Part shown: positions 1 through 8,955 of the stretch, one piece after another | How the letters are laid out: the number at the start of each line of letters is the position of its first letter | Numbering within the stretch: the first letter of the stretch is position 1 | Source of the DNA: Escherichia phage PhaxI | DNA length: 64,000 bases | Direction: 5' to 3' (one strand) | Sequence record: JN673056 | The notes under the pieces: generated by a model | Database searches by the model: none | What the model was told of the DNA's origin: nothing | What the model saw: only the letters and a program-made list of their open reading frames with translations | Program-made: the position numbers and the translations under genes

Positions 1-1154
1 GCATAGAACGCCATGATGAAGTCTGCAACCTTCGGAATACCGATAGCATCTGCCAGGTCGCTAATATCACCATCAGTCGCCGATTGTTTTTCACGGTTAA
101 ATTGCATACCTGTCCATACAGGGCAATCAAATTCAAATCCAAGCGCACGGAATTCACGCGCCACCGACGTATAATACACGTTGGTGTTCTGCATTAAATG
201 GGCAGGAAGGCGAGAAGACGCTGATTCACCCAAGTAGTCTATAATAATGACGTCCGGCGTAATTCCCGTGGATGTCGCATAATCAAGGATATCGCGGCGA
301 TATAGTCCTGTATGCCCAGCGCCTGAAGGATATTCCTTGATAACAATATCACCCTTCATGGAACCGTCTTGACGAGTTCGCAACTTTTGTATCGTGGCGA
401 CATATTCATGTCGTGAGAGCTTCTCTAAGGACTCGAAGTCCCTGCGCATCATACGGGCATCAAGGCGGTGACGCCAGACGTTCTCAGCCACTTCTAGGGT
501 GAATACGAATACGTTCAACCCTTGCTCGGAGTAACCAGCAGCCAAATCAATCAGAGTTGTTGTCTTACCCGCATTAATTGCACCCGTCACGATGTTCAGC
601 GTTTTCTTACCAACACCACCACGAGTCGCTTTGTTGAATATCTCTACAGCGAAAGGAATCTTCGCTTCATTAGAGTTCATGTGGTCGTATTGTTGTTCAG
701 CCATTTCCCAATAGATATGGCCAAGATAAGAATCAAAACTTATCGCCAACGCCTCTTGTAGGAGAGTTGGAATCGTGTTCATCTCATCTTTACGTTTCTC
801 ATCACCATAGATGTTGACGGCGTGTTTGATCGCATTATGAACAGCTTTCTGCCGCGCCCAACTTTCTGTTTCTTTTACAAGCCATTCCTGATGGAATGTG
901 TTGTCATTGATATTCTCAAGAGCAGAAATAGCTTGTTCAAATACGTGTTCGTTGAGCGAAGTCTTTTCCAGCATAATAGACAACGCTTCAACCGAAGGAC
1001 GAGCATTATATTCGCAAGTGTAATGGTCAATGAGACCGAATATAATTTTCTCGCCTTCGTTATCGAAATAATCGGCTTTCAAATACGGCTGGATCTTTCT
1101 TTGATATTCTTCGTTATAGATTAATTGGGAAAGCACGACAGATTCGAGTAACAT
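1..1154 (-). CDS. 41: Replicative DNA helicase gp41 (DnaB-like); partial, gene runs off the window start
   Basis: Manual minus-strand translation from ATG at 1154: MLLESVVLSQLIYNEEY...WLVKETESWARQKA...; Walker A GAINAGKTT at plus 570-596; frame stays open to position 1; resembles T4 gp41; T4-like uvsX-40-41 order. Confidence 0.75.
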   Translation of the reverse strand, partial: MLLESVVLSQLIYNEEYQRKIQPYLKADYFDNEGEKIIFGLIDHYTCEYNARPSVEALSIMLEKTSLNEHVFEQAISALENINDNTFHQEWLVKETESWARQKAVHNAIKHAVNIYGDEKRKDEMNTIPTLLQEALAISFDSYLGHIYWEMAEQQYDHMNSNEAKIPFAVEIFNKATRGGVGKKTLNIVTGAINAGKTTTLIDLAAGYSEQGLNVFVFTLEVAENVWRHRLDARMMRRDFESLEKLSRHEYVATIQKLRTRQDGSMKGDIVIKEYPSGAGHTGLYRRDILDYATSTGITPDVIIIDYLGESASSRLPAHLMQNTNVYYTSVAREFRALGFEFDCPVWTGMQFNREKQSATDGDISDLADAIGIPKVADFIMAFY

Positions 1155-1160
1155 TGGCAA

Positions 1161-1490
1161 CTACCCCACCAAAATTTTGTTGTAATCCTGAGCATTTTGC
1201 TGTATCAGATCAACTAAGATATCCCCAGACACCACAGTGAACAAGTCATTTTCTTTCAAATTAACAAATAACAAACGCCATGGTTTCTTCAATATATCTG
1301 TTGTAAAGGATAACCGAGGCTCTCCATTGTCTAAATGGACACCCACTTTCCCTATACGAAATTGAACGCCGCGGAATTTGCCTTCCGTTATTTCGATTAT
1401 TGCTAACTGATCAGAACCAGGGTCGATGATTTTGTAATTAACGGGGGAGTCTCCTCCCCCTGCAATATTACTCGGTTGTTTTGATGACAT
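1161..1490 (-). CDS. Hypothetical protein (occupies the T4 gene 40 position between uvsX and 41)
   Basis: 109-aa ORF; ATG lies inside the uvsX 3' end (gat AAT Gtc); no recognisable motif. Confidence 0.45.
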   Translation of the reverse strand: MSSKQPSNIAGGGDSPVNYKIIDPGSDQLAIIEITEGKFRGVQFRIGKVGVHLDNGEPRLSFTTDILKKPWRLLFVNLKENDLFTVVSGDILVDLIQQNAQDYNKILVG

Positions 1491-2553
1491 TATCGAGGCG
1501 CTCCAGCATATCTGCAGGCATAACCGAACTCTGAGAGATACCGAACATGTTGTTCACATCGTCAACAAAGTCTGGGTTTTCCAGCAGCGGATACCAGAAG
1601 TCATCCCCCAGCTCTGCCTTACGATATTTCTTTTCTTTTTCTGGATCAAACCCGCCTTTGGCAGTGCGTTGATACCAAGAACCACTCACCAAATCCACAT
1701 ACCCCAGCATGCGCGCAATTTCTAACATACCGGACCAACGGTCAATACCGCCTTCATACAACACAGTGACAGGGAACTTGGCTTTTTCACGGACAAAGCG
1801 GCCTTTCATAATGTTGACTGTAAACTGCCATCCCAAAAGGTCTTTGTCTTCTTTAACTTGAGAACGCGTGATGAACCACAATTGGTTAGAAGACAGGAAC
1901 CCCTGTTTACCGCCTTTGATGTTCGGCTCGGCGTATTGGTTCCCGATTTCATCATAGTACGAGTTGATCCATACCAAAACGAATTTCTTTTCAGTGACCA
2001 ACGGGGTGATAACACGCCAAAAACTATTGAGAGCGCGAGCGCGGGTCATATCTTGCGTGTCTTTGCCCGCGATGGCATCATCAACTTCTTTGGTAGACGG
2101 CAACTGGCTGATTGAGTCAATGAATACGATGATCTTGTCACCTTTCTGTGCATCGTTCAGAAGCTGTGTCAGCTTGATCTTCGTCTTTTCAACGTTTTCA
2201 ATCGGCAGATACAAGACACGGTCCATGTCAATACCCATAGATGTCCAGTAGTTTTCATTCGCACCGCCTTCTGAATCCGCGAAGATACAAATTGCATCAG
2301 GAAACTTATCCATGTAAGCCTTAACATCCACCAGCCCAAACATGGTTTTGAATGTACGAGAATCCCCCACCAACTGTTTGATGCCTGATATCAGACCACC
2401 ATCAATACGACCGGACCAGGCCAAATTCAGAATAGGAATACCCGTACTGCAAATAATGTCAGGCTTCAGCGCATCGGTCTTTGACAGCACTTCGGCATTC
2501 GGGTCCAGTTTCTTTGCTGTCTTGAGCATGCGAGCCATCAATGAATCGGCCAT
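1468..2553 (-). CDS. uvsX: UvsX RecA-like recombinase
   Basis: 361 aa; RecA-fold core with P-loop-like VGDSRTFKT and C-terminal RecA-like region; synteny with 41. Confidence 0.85.
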   Translation of the reverse strand: MADSLMARMLKTAKKLDPNAEVLSKTDALKPDIICSTGIPILNLAWSGRIDGGLISGIKQLVGDSRTFKTMFGLVDVKAYMDKFPDAICIFADSEGGANENYWTSMGIDMDRVLYLPIENVEKTKIKLTQLLNDAQKGDKIIVFIDSISQLPSTKEVDDAIAGKDTQDMTRARALNSFWRVITPLVTEKKFVLVWINSYYDEIGNQYAEPNIKGGKQGFLSSNQLWFITRSQVKEDKDLLGWQFTVNIMKGRFVREKAKFPVTVLYEGGIDRWSGMLEIARMLGYVDLVSGSWYQRTAKGGFDPEKEKKYRKAELGDDFWYPLLENPDFVDDVNNMFGISQSSVMPADMLERLDNVIKTTE

Positions 2554-3068
2554 TTCGTTTCCTCTTGCTTGTTGATCGTAATTAATAAATCGGTGCCCAA
2601 GACTTTCTTGGACAATATATTGATTGCTTCATGAATCGCCATTATTGACGGGAGTTTTTCATCGTTAATTTCGGAACCCCCGCGTTCTGTTAAATACATA
2701 TTACGCAGACGATTGTGCTGTGCCCTGTTGACACAAGAAACATTCAATGCGATATTCAGGATATACATCATTTGTTCAGTTGTAACATCCTTTGGAATAG
2801 CATGAACATAATATATCGCATCTTCAAAATAGATATGCTGTAATGACTCTGGAATTTCTTCCCCGCCAAAAGCAAAATCTTCAATGCGTTTAAAAAGTGT
2901 TTCCGGCTCTGGTGTTGTAATATGTTGCGTTACAGTAGCCGCACCATCTGGTTCTTTGTTGAATTTGGTCGCGATAACGACATGTCTGCCAGGTTTAATA
3001 AACTCAGCAAAGTTCTGTGCCATTTGCGGGGCGTGTTCCGCGTAATATGATACGACGACTGTAAACAT
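2538..3068 (-). CDS. Hypothetical protein
   Basis: 176-aa ORF tightly packed between uvsX and the pyrophosphatase gene; no motif recognised. Confidence 0.45.
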   Translation of the reverse strand: MFTVVVSYYAEHAPQMAQNFAEFIKPGRHVVIATKFNKEPDGAATVTQHITTPEPETLFKRIEDFAFGGEEIPESLQHIYFEDAIYYVHAIPKDVTTEQMMYILNIALNVSCVNRAQHNRLRNMYLTERGGSEINDEKLPSIMAIHEAINILSKKVLGTDLLITINKQEETKWPIH

Positions 3069-3613
3069 TAGAACTCCAGAGTCAAAGGGGTTTCCGCGGA
3101 CTTATCATAGTTCGCACCGCCAGCAGCACGTAGACGATTGCGATCGTTCTTGCGCTTGTGGGCCAGCATGTAGGTCTCAGCATCCAGCCCCAAATATCCG
3201 CAAGCCGCTGCCAAGAAGGTAGCCAAAACATTCCGAAGAGGGTGTGACATGAAATACGTGAACAGTTCAGTCACTTTCCTGAGGTCGTGAGGGGTTTGAA
3301 TTGGCTGCGCCTGAACGAATCTCACCATTTCGGGAATATCGTGTGGTTTGTCTTCCTCCTGCAGGACAGCACAGAGCATGAAGTGAACAACGTCCACCAA
3401 CTCGTATATGGCATCCACTTGTCGCCAATGCTTACCACCCCCATAGATCTTCCAGTCTATGGTTGTTTCGTCTAGAAACTCTGCCCACTCACGATAGATG
3501 GAGTTTGCTATCGCCACTTCGGTCCAGCGCTTCTTCCACTCTTCCCCAAAATAGGCCACGTTGGTGGCCTTTTGAAGTTCGAGCAGACTTTTAATATGCT
3601 CTGCTGTGATCAT
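3068..3613 (-). CDS. All-alpha NTP pyrophosphatase (dimeric dUTPase/dCTPase-like; possible T4 gp56 analogue)
   Basis: 181 aa; LLELQKATN...EEW...REWAEFLDE...VDVVHFML pattern typical of dimeric dUTPase/dCTPase/MazG-like enzymes; abuts the dNMP kinase gene. Confidence 0.5.
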   Translation of the reverse strand: MITAEHIKSLLELQKATNVAYFGEEWKKRWTEVAIANSIYREWAEFLDETTIDWKIYGGGKHWRQVDAIYELVDVVHFMLCAVLQEEDKPHDIPEMVRFVQAQPIQTPHDLRKVTELFTYFMSHPLRNVLATFLAAACGYLGLDAETYMLAHKRKNDRNRLRAAGGANYDKSAETPLTLEF

Positions 3614-4194
3614 TTCCGATCCCTATAAAATTTGACGAACGGTTGCCAACCTTCAAACGGATTGACAAATTCATAATCAACTTCCATCTTATCAATGAAA
3701 GCCTCAATGTCATCCTCTATGATACCACCGCGATCCGCCTTTGAAATGCGGGTGATGGGACATTTAGTGCTCAGCGCCCATTCATATTCCTGAGGGGTGC
3801 GCAAATCACTCACGATATAATGAACGTGTGGGTTCTGTTCCACCAAAGGAAGTTGATATCGTTTAAAGAATGACAGAAACAGGTCTGGTTGTACGTAACG
3901 CAAGCCCGTATCGCTGCCGAGATGAAGCCAGATCTGCCTTGGGGTTAATCCCTTGGGGTTATCTGGGTGAACATATGGCAAGTCCTTGATGTCGTCCTCC
4001 ACCTCCGCTGGTAGCCATGGGTAGATGAAATTGGCGACACGTCGCAGTTCATCTGAGAAAGACAGACGACGAATATCCTTATCACCCTGAATATGATGAA
4101 ACCTGATCAGGGACTCCAAACAGAAGTCCTTGCCGGAGCGCTTGCGCCCCGTGAAGAATTCAAGGTTCTGGTACATCATTCGCCATACCCCCAC
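3610..4194 (-). CDS. Deoxynucleoside monophosphate kinase (T4 gp1-like)
   Basis: P-loop TGRKRSGKDF near the N-terminus, as in T4 dNMP kinase (VKRSGKD); 194 aa. Confidence 0.6.
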   Translation of the reverse strand: MGVWRMMYQNLEFFTGRKRSGKDFCLESLIRFHHIQGDKDIRRLSFSDELRRVANFIYPWLPAEVEDDIKDLPYVHPDNPKGLTPRQIWLHLGSDTGLRYVQPDLFLSFFKRYQLPLVEQNPHVHYIVSDLRTPQEYEWALSTKCPITRISKADRGGIIEDDIEAFIDKMEVDYEFVNPFEGWQPFVKFYRDRK

Positions 4195-5219
4195 ATAAAT
4201 TTCTGATCAACAGGGGAATGTAGTAATGCAGTACGAAGACCGTCATCAGCGATACGGCGTTTGTCAATTTTGGTATCATTGAGTCGACACCACAGGCAAT
4301 ATGACATATCCATCATCAATCCCGTGTCTGCTTGATATCCTTTCAGATGTTCTCTGATTTTACCAAAATCACTGCCGATGTCACAGTGATGTAACACGCC
4401 GAGGAATAGATTACAAATATCTTTTTGGGACTTCACTTTTTCTGAAGAGAATTCCAGCAAAGAATTATACATCCCAGAAGAAGTTTTGGTCTTCTTAGTG
4501 ATACCCCCGAGTTGTTTCCGACTAACTTCATTGTTGTAATAATGAAGATTGTTAGAAAACAGTTTGTAATACCCAACTTCGACATTCAGCACTTTCGCCA
4601 GAACTTCTTGCAGGATAGAGAATTCAATGAAATTGATTGAACTCATGCCCCACAAGACATCTTGGCTGCGGTTAATGACAGTGATATTCAATCGCCCTTC
4701 TGTTATACTGAACAATAGAGCAAGATTACAGATCATGTCCTTGGTCTTGGCTTCTCCAGTTTCACTATGGGTGGCCAAACCTTCATCTGAGTCCAGCGCC
4801 GGATCATAGATGGTGAGATACGCCTGACGGGTGTTGGGATTATTACGCAGACGGCTGATGACACTATCCAACTGGCCATTATTGTACAGACGTGGGCCAT
4901 ACGCGCCTCGCCAGGTTACACCGTCATCAGAGAAGTTGGCGGCGCGGGGTAAGACTTTCGAAAGGAAACGGATATCATTACGTCCGGACAACACCCAGAA
5001 TGTCTCACCGATGGCAGCAATTGCCGACGAGTTGCGGCCTTCAACGGAAAGCCAACGGTCACGTGGATCTGATACTGTAATTGTTACACCATCAATGAAA
5101 CGAGTGCCGTCAGTGTTAATCTCTGCGTTGCCAGGATCTGACTCAATGCCGTGTTCACGGATGGCCAACACAGCCTTCTTCAGCATATCATTATTGTTTA
5201 AAGCAAAAATTTCCATCAA
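4176..5219 (-). CDS. Thymidylate synthase-family enzyme (deoxypyrimidylate hydroxymethylase/methylase-like) with a C-terminal extension
   Basis: 347 aa; TS-like blocks ETFWVLSGRND, TRQAYLTIYDP, candidate nucleophile Cys in DMICNLALLF followed by RSQDV...SSINF (aligns by eye with TS PPCH...RSCDV...PFN); about 100 extra C-terminal residues. Confidence 0.6.
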   Translation of the reverse strand: MMEIFALNNNDMLKKAVLAIREHGIESDPGNAEINTDGTRFIDGVTITVSDPRDRWLSVEGRNSSAIAAIGETFWVLSGRNDIRFLSKVLPRAANFSDDGVTWRGAYGPRLYNNGQLDSVISRLRNNPNTRQAYLTIYDPALDSDEGLATHSETGEAKTKDMICNLALLFSITEGRLNITVINRSQDVLWGMSSINFIEFSILQEVLAKVLNVEVGYYKLFSNNLHYYNNEVSRKQLGGITKKTKTSSGMYNSLLEFSSEKVKSQKDICNLFLGVLHHCDIGSDFGKIREHLKGYQADTGLMMDMSYCLWCRLNDTKIDKRRIADDGLRTALLHSPVDQKFMWGYGE

Positions 5220-5890
5220 TCAATACTCCCAAAATCACGATTGAGAAACGCAAAAACAGCCTGCTCTATAGTCAGGCCATTGGACTTCATCATACCTGCG
5301 GGAACGGTAGGGAACAAGCCTTTATGCCGTTGGCGGTGGTCATGAACTCTCTCCCACTTCTCGACCACCAGGCTTTCATTGAAGTCTGCGCCGCCGTTGC
5401 GTGATTTCACACGGGAAACACAGGTTTCAAGCGGGGTGTCCATGAAGAGCACGACTAATTCGCGCGGTGGGCGCGTCAGGCGGGGAATCCATGAGCTGAG
5501 CAAAGTTGAAGGGATGATTCCTTCAAACAACACGTCATATTTCAGATATTCCGGCTGATCAGCAATGGACAAGGCGAACAACATCTGCTCGGTATCTTTC
5601 AGGGAATCAACACCTTTAGACTTAGACTTGTCATATTTACCAATACAGATAATGTTATAGGAAGGGCAAACTGTGAGCATGATCTTGCCATTGTAGGTCA
5701 CGACATACGCCTGAGGATCATTCTCCGCCAGATAGGAAGGGACAGTGGACTTGCCGCTACCGTTGGAGCCTTTAACGTAATACAACTCTCCTCGTGCCGG
5801 ATATTCCCCTTCGACAGCAGGTGGTTTTACAAACAGATGTACGGGGCGCTTCAACAACCCTTTGAGCGAATACGACATGGTGTGCTCCAA
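5216..5890 (-). CDS. P-loop kinase (nucleotide or polynucleotide kinase-like)
   Basis: Walker A GSNGSGKST at residues ~42-50; 224 aa; ATGA-type overlap with the TS-family gene. Confidence 0.5.
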   Translation of the reverse strand: MEHTMSYSLKGLLKRPVHLFVKPPAVEGEYPARGELYYVKGSNGSGKSTVPSYLAENDPQAYVVTYNGKIMLTVCPSYNIICIGKYDKSKSKGVDSLKDTEQMLFALSIADQPEYLKYDVLFEGIIPSTLLSSWIPRLTRPPRELVVLFMDTPLETCVSRVKSRNGGADFNESLVVEKWERVHDHRQRHKGLFPTVPAGMMKSNGLTIEQAVFAFLNRDFGSID

Positions 5891-5950
5891 TAAACAAAAG
5901 GAGCTGCTATTATAGCAGCCCCTTCATCTATTGAATGCTTCTGAGTTAAA

Positions 5951-6910
5951 TTACGCAGCAGCTTTCGCTTCGGCCAACGCCTGAGGTAGCCATTCGTTGA
6001 TAGCCTTTACCAGAGATTCAGCGTCAGTTTCTTTGATTTTCTGACGCTTGGTGAATGACTTACCATTCACATACAGACTGAAACCCCAGCCGCCGGAAAC
6101 GATAGGCGCCAGATCAACATAGGTGTTAGTGCGGGCATGCGGATTGGCTTCGTCTGCCAATTCAGTGACAGGGAACTGGAACCAGCGCATATCAGGGTTC
6201 ACATAACTCAAATATACTTCAGGAGTAACCCCTGCTTCAACCGCCGCCAGGATTGGACCATAGTTAGAAGCACGAGCCGCTTCAACCATTTCTTCACGCT
6301 TGTTATGACGACGCTTGCGTTCTTCGGTAGAAGATGCAGGGCGCATTTCAGAAGATTTCTTGGCCAGAACCGCCTTCGCGTTCGCTAAAGCCTGATCATC
6401 CTTCGGATTTTCAACGTCGGCGATTGCTTCAGCAACGGTTGTGCCCAGCATGCGACGGCGAACTTCTTCAGCACGGGCTTGCGCTTCTTCGTCAAGAACT
6501 TCTTCGCCTTCAACTACCAGGGAAATGGAACCGTCTTTGTTGACTTCAAGAGAACCGTCTTCGACGGTCTGGGAATTTTGATCACCGACAGGTTGCCCAA
6601 CCGTTTCTTCGGCGTCAATCACCGGATTTGATTCACCGTCGCCCTGTTTAACCCCCGCATCTTCGGTCGGTTTAACTTTTTCGGCTTCAGCGCGGTCAAG
6701 AGCTTCGAGAGTTTCTTCTTTCTCTTCCTGGCTCAGACCTTCAATGAGTTCAAAGCCGTTGGCTGACTGGAGGACGCCTTCCATCATACGGCGTAATGTT
6801 ACATTGCCAATGATAAGGTCTGCACCTTTGATTTCTGCTTGAAGATCAGCAGCGGTTTTACCATCAATTTCAAATTTCAGGCCGGACTCGATATGAAGAA
6901 TATAGGACAT
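5951..6910 (-). CDS. Hypothetical protein with a strongly acidic central region
   Basis: 319-aa ORF with an E/D-rich low-complexity middle; AAAGGG RBS upstream. Confidence 0.5.
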   Translation of the reverse strand: MSYILHIESGLKFEIDGKTAADLQAEIKGADLIIGNVTLRRMMEGVLQSANGFELIEGLSQEEKEETLEALDRAEAEKVKPTEDAGVKQGDGESNPVIDAEETVGQPVGDQNSQTVEDGSLEVNKDGSISLVVEGEEVLDEEAQARAEEVRRRMLGTTVAEAIADVENPKDDQALANAKAVLAKKSSEMRPASSTEERKRRHNKREEMVEAARASNYGPILAAVEAGVTPEVYLSYVNPDMRWFQFPVTELADEANPHARTNTYVDLAPIVSGGWGFSLYVNGKSFTKRQKIKETDAESLVKAINEWLPQALAEAKAAA

Positions 6911-7083
6911 AATAAAAACCCTTTTGTGTAGTAACCTTCTTTGGCAGTCTAATGTTCAACTGTGCGTCTGGAACATTAATATACTGCCTTTTTAGAAGAT
7001 GTAAACCACTTTTTATTGAAAAGTTGGTTAACACTTCTGTGTTAGACAACGGAACGCTGTATCAGCGCGGACTGGCGTGAATA

Positions 7084-7371
7084 TTAACTTTGTATATCAA
7101 TATTGAAAACTGTTTCAGGTGGCCACATGGCAGACAACTCGATCTGTGTGAACTTTGGTTGAACATACTGATCTAACACTTCATCCCAGAGAGCATGTTC
7201 TATGTTAGCAATCAACAATTCGTCGTCCACTATTTCGACGGAATGAACCACTATCCGGTGGTCATAAGTCAAAGCATCGCTCACATGATCATTTTCTGCT
7301 CTCAGGTGCTGCATTATGAAATATTCGATTACAGATTCCAGTACCGTGTTCAGGCGAACATATTTCTTCAT
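7084..7371 (-). CDS. Hypothetical protein
   Basis: 95-aa ORF in the minus-strand gene series. Confidence 0.4.
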   Translation of the reverse strand: MKKYVRLNTVLESVIEYFIMQHLRAENDHVSDALTYDHRIVVHSVEIVDDELLIANIEHALWDEVLDQYVQPKFTQIELSAMWPPETVFNIDIQS

Positions 7372-7388
7372 ACAGCCCCCTGCTTGTG

Positions 7389-8135
7389 CTACAGATAGAA
7401 ATTAGGAATTTCGCCGGATTCACAACCAAACCCGTTAAAATTCTGCTCAACATGTAAGCGAATTTTGTTCACCACTACCTGACGATGCTCTTCTTCCATA
7501 CAACGTTCAATCAAAGAATACGCTGTATATGACAGACTGTTGAACAATCTGGAAATAACAAGGCAATTCTCTTCATTGTAAACGACTTCAGTATGGATTG
7601 CGAAAGCGTGGTCTTCGTCGGTAAGAATTTTACAGCCTTTGACCACAAATGGTTTTTCAAAGAAATCACGAGCTGAATCAGTGCCAGATTCTGGCATTAA
7701 ACGGAAATCGCCTTCTTCGCCGAAAACCGCTTTCAGATTTTCTTTACTGAATTCCGCTTCCATCTGTATACGTTTGTCGGCAAGATATTTCGCCGCAAAG
7801 TAGAATTTACCCACTGCATCATTAGCAGCGCGGCGGTTCGTAGCGGCCTGGGTATAACCAGAAACGAAGTCTTCAATGAATTCCAATGCTTCTGGTTTGC
7901 CAAAACGAATTTCGTCGCCCAGATCCAAGCTGGCTTCGGAATCAAGTTCAATACCCATAACCTTAAGAAGATCCGTTTCATTCAGCCTGTGCTGATTAAA
8001 CAATTGTTCCTTGGAATATCCCAACTGGCTACCGAGTTCATATCCGGTTTTACCACCCGAATCTTTATGGGTGCGATCATAGCGAACGCAATTAGAACTG
8101 AATTCAATACCAAAAATACGATGTAGCTGTGACAT
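7389..8135 (-). CDS. Hypothetical protein
   Basis: 248-aa ORF; no motif recognised. Confidence 0.5.
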   Translation of the reverse strand: MSQLHRIFGIEFSSNCVRYDRTHKDSGGKTGYELGSQLGYSKEQLFNQHRLNETDLLKVMGIELDSEASLDLGDEIRFGKPEALEFIEDFVSGYTQAATNRRAANDAVGKFYFAAKYLADKRIQMEAEFSKENLKAVFGEEGDFRLMPESGTDSARDFFEKPFVVKGCKILTDEDHAFAIHTEVVYNEENCLVISRLFNSLSYTAYSLIERCMEEEHRQVVVNKIRLHVEQNFNGFGCESGEIPNFYL

Positions 8136-8196
8136 ATCATAACCTCATGTTTATAGAAAGCCGTTCGCGAATTATCACGTAGAACGGCTTTTAGAA

Positions 8197-8901
8197 CTAA
8201 CCATTTTTGTGTTTACGACGTGCGTCCTTCCAAACAGACATCTGACTCTGTTTCTGGAATCGAGCAGTACGCATAAACAAAACGACCTCCCAATATTGCG
8301 GTTCAATTTCATAAAGTTGTGAACGAAATTGATCTGCGCGGTATAATTTGACACAATGATTGTACAAAGGGTGATTCGCAAACCGCTTTAGCGCATCCCA
8401 GGTAAGTCTCAAACGTGTTTTAGAACGATACGCCCGTTCATTTCTCAATTTAATGAGATCTTCAAATACCAACAATCTGAGTTTAGGCGGTAAATAATGG
8501 AGGTTTAGGCCATAAAGATAGGTTACACCACGTTCACCGAATTTCACCCCATCCCCCTTCACAAAATTGAAGAAGAACACCAGAGGATACATATCCCAAT
8601 ACGGGAGTTCATCTTTAGTCAGCGCATCATATTTGAAATAATACATGCGACCAACAATATAACGCACACCCTGAACAGGACGTTTATTTTCAGCGAATGC
8701 TTTCATCATGTGATTCGGAGATAAGTTAGCATCTTTCGACACGCGCTCCATAAACCACACATGAGAACGACGGATATTACGCTTCGCTTCCGGCCCAAAA
8801 TGTTGACGATATTTGCGGATGTAACGCTTGACCAGTTCTGGGGCGTCCATCTCGGCGGGAAGCAACAACGGGTCTTCTTCACCCATAGCGTTCTTAGCCA
8901 T
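8197..8901 (-). CDS. Hypothetical basic protein (possibly a gp2/gp4-like head-completion or DNA-end protein; not verified)
   Basis: 234 aa, K/R/W-rich; transcribed divergently from a late structural gene as T4 genes 4/2 are from 53. Confidence 0.45.
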   Translation of the reverse strand: MAKNAMGEEDPLLLPAEMDAPELVKRYIRKYRQHFGPEAKRNIRRSHVWFMERVSKDANLSPNHMMKAFAENKRPVQGVRYIVGRMYYFKYDALTKDELPYWDMYPLVFFFNFVKGDGVKFGERGVTYLYGLNLHYLPPKLRLLVFEDLIKLRNERAYRSKTRLRLTWDALKRFANHPLYNHCVKLYRADQFRSQLYEIEPQYWEVVLFMRTARFQKQSQMSVWKDARRKHKNG

Positions 8902-8913
8902 TTGTCAACTCCT

Positions 8914-8921
8914 TATAAATA
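8914..8921 (+). promoter_or_regulatory. T4-type late promoter motif TATAAATA
   Basis: Exact TATAAATA about 35 nt upstream of the GTG start at 8956, in a divergent intergenic region. Confidence 0.5.
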
Positions 8922-8955
8922 TCAACAGATATATTATTTAAATGGAGTCCTCATC

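Noticed and set aside
522-1124. Plus-strand ORFs 522..761 and 822..1124
   Set aside because: Antisense to the open minus-strand frame encoding the gp41 helicase; no RBS; low-complexity translations
8761-8955. Upstream ATG start for the 8761..9900 ORF
   Set aside because: It would overlap the divergent minus-strand gene and place the TATAAATA late promoter inside the coding region; the GTG at 8956 with GGAG RBS is more plausible
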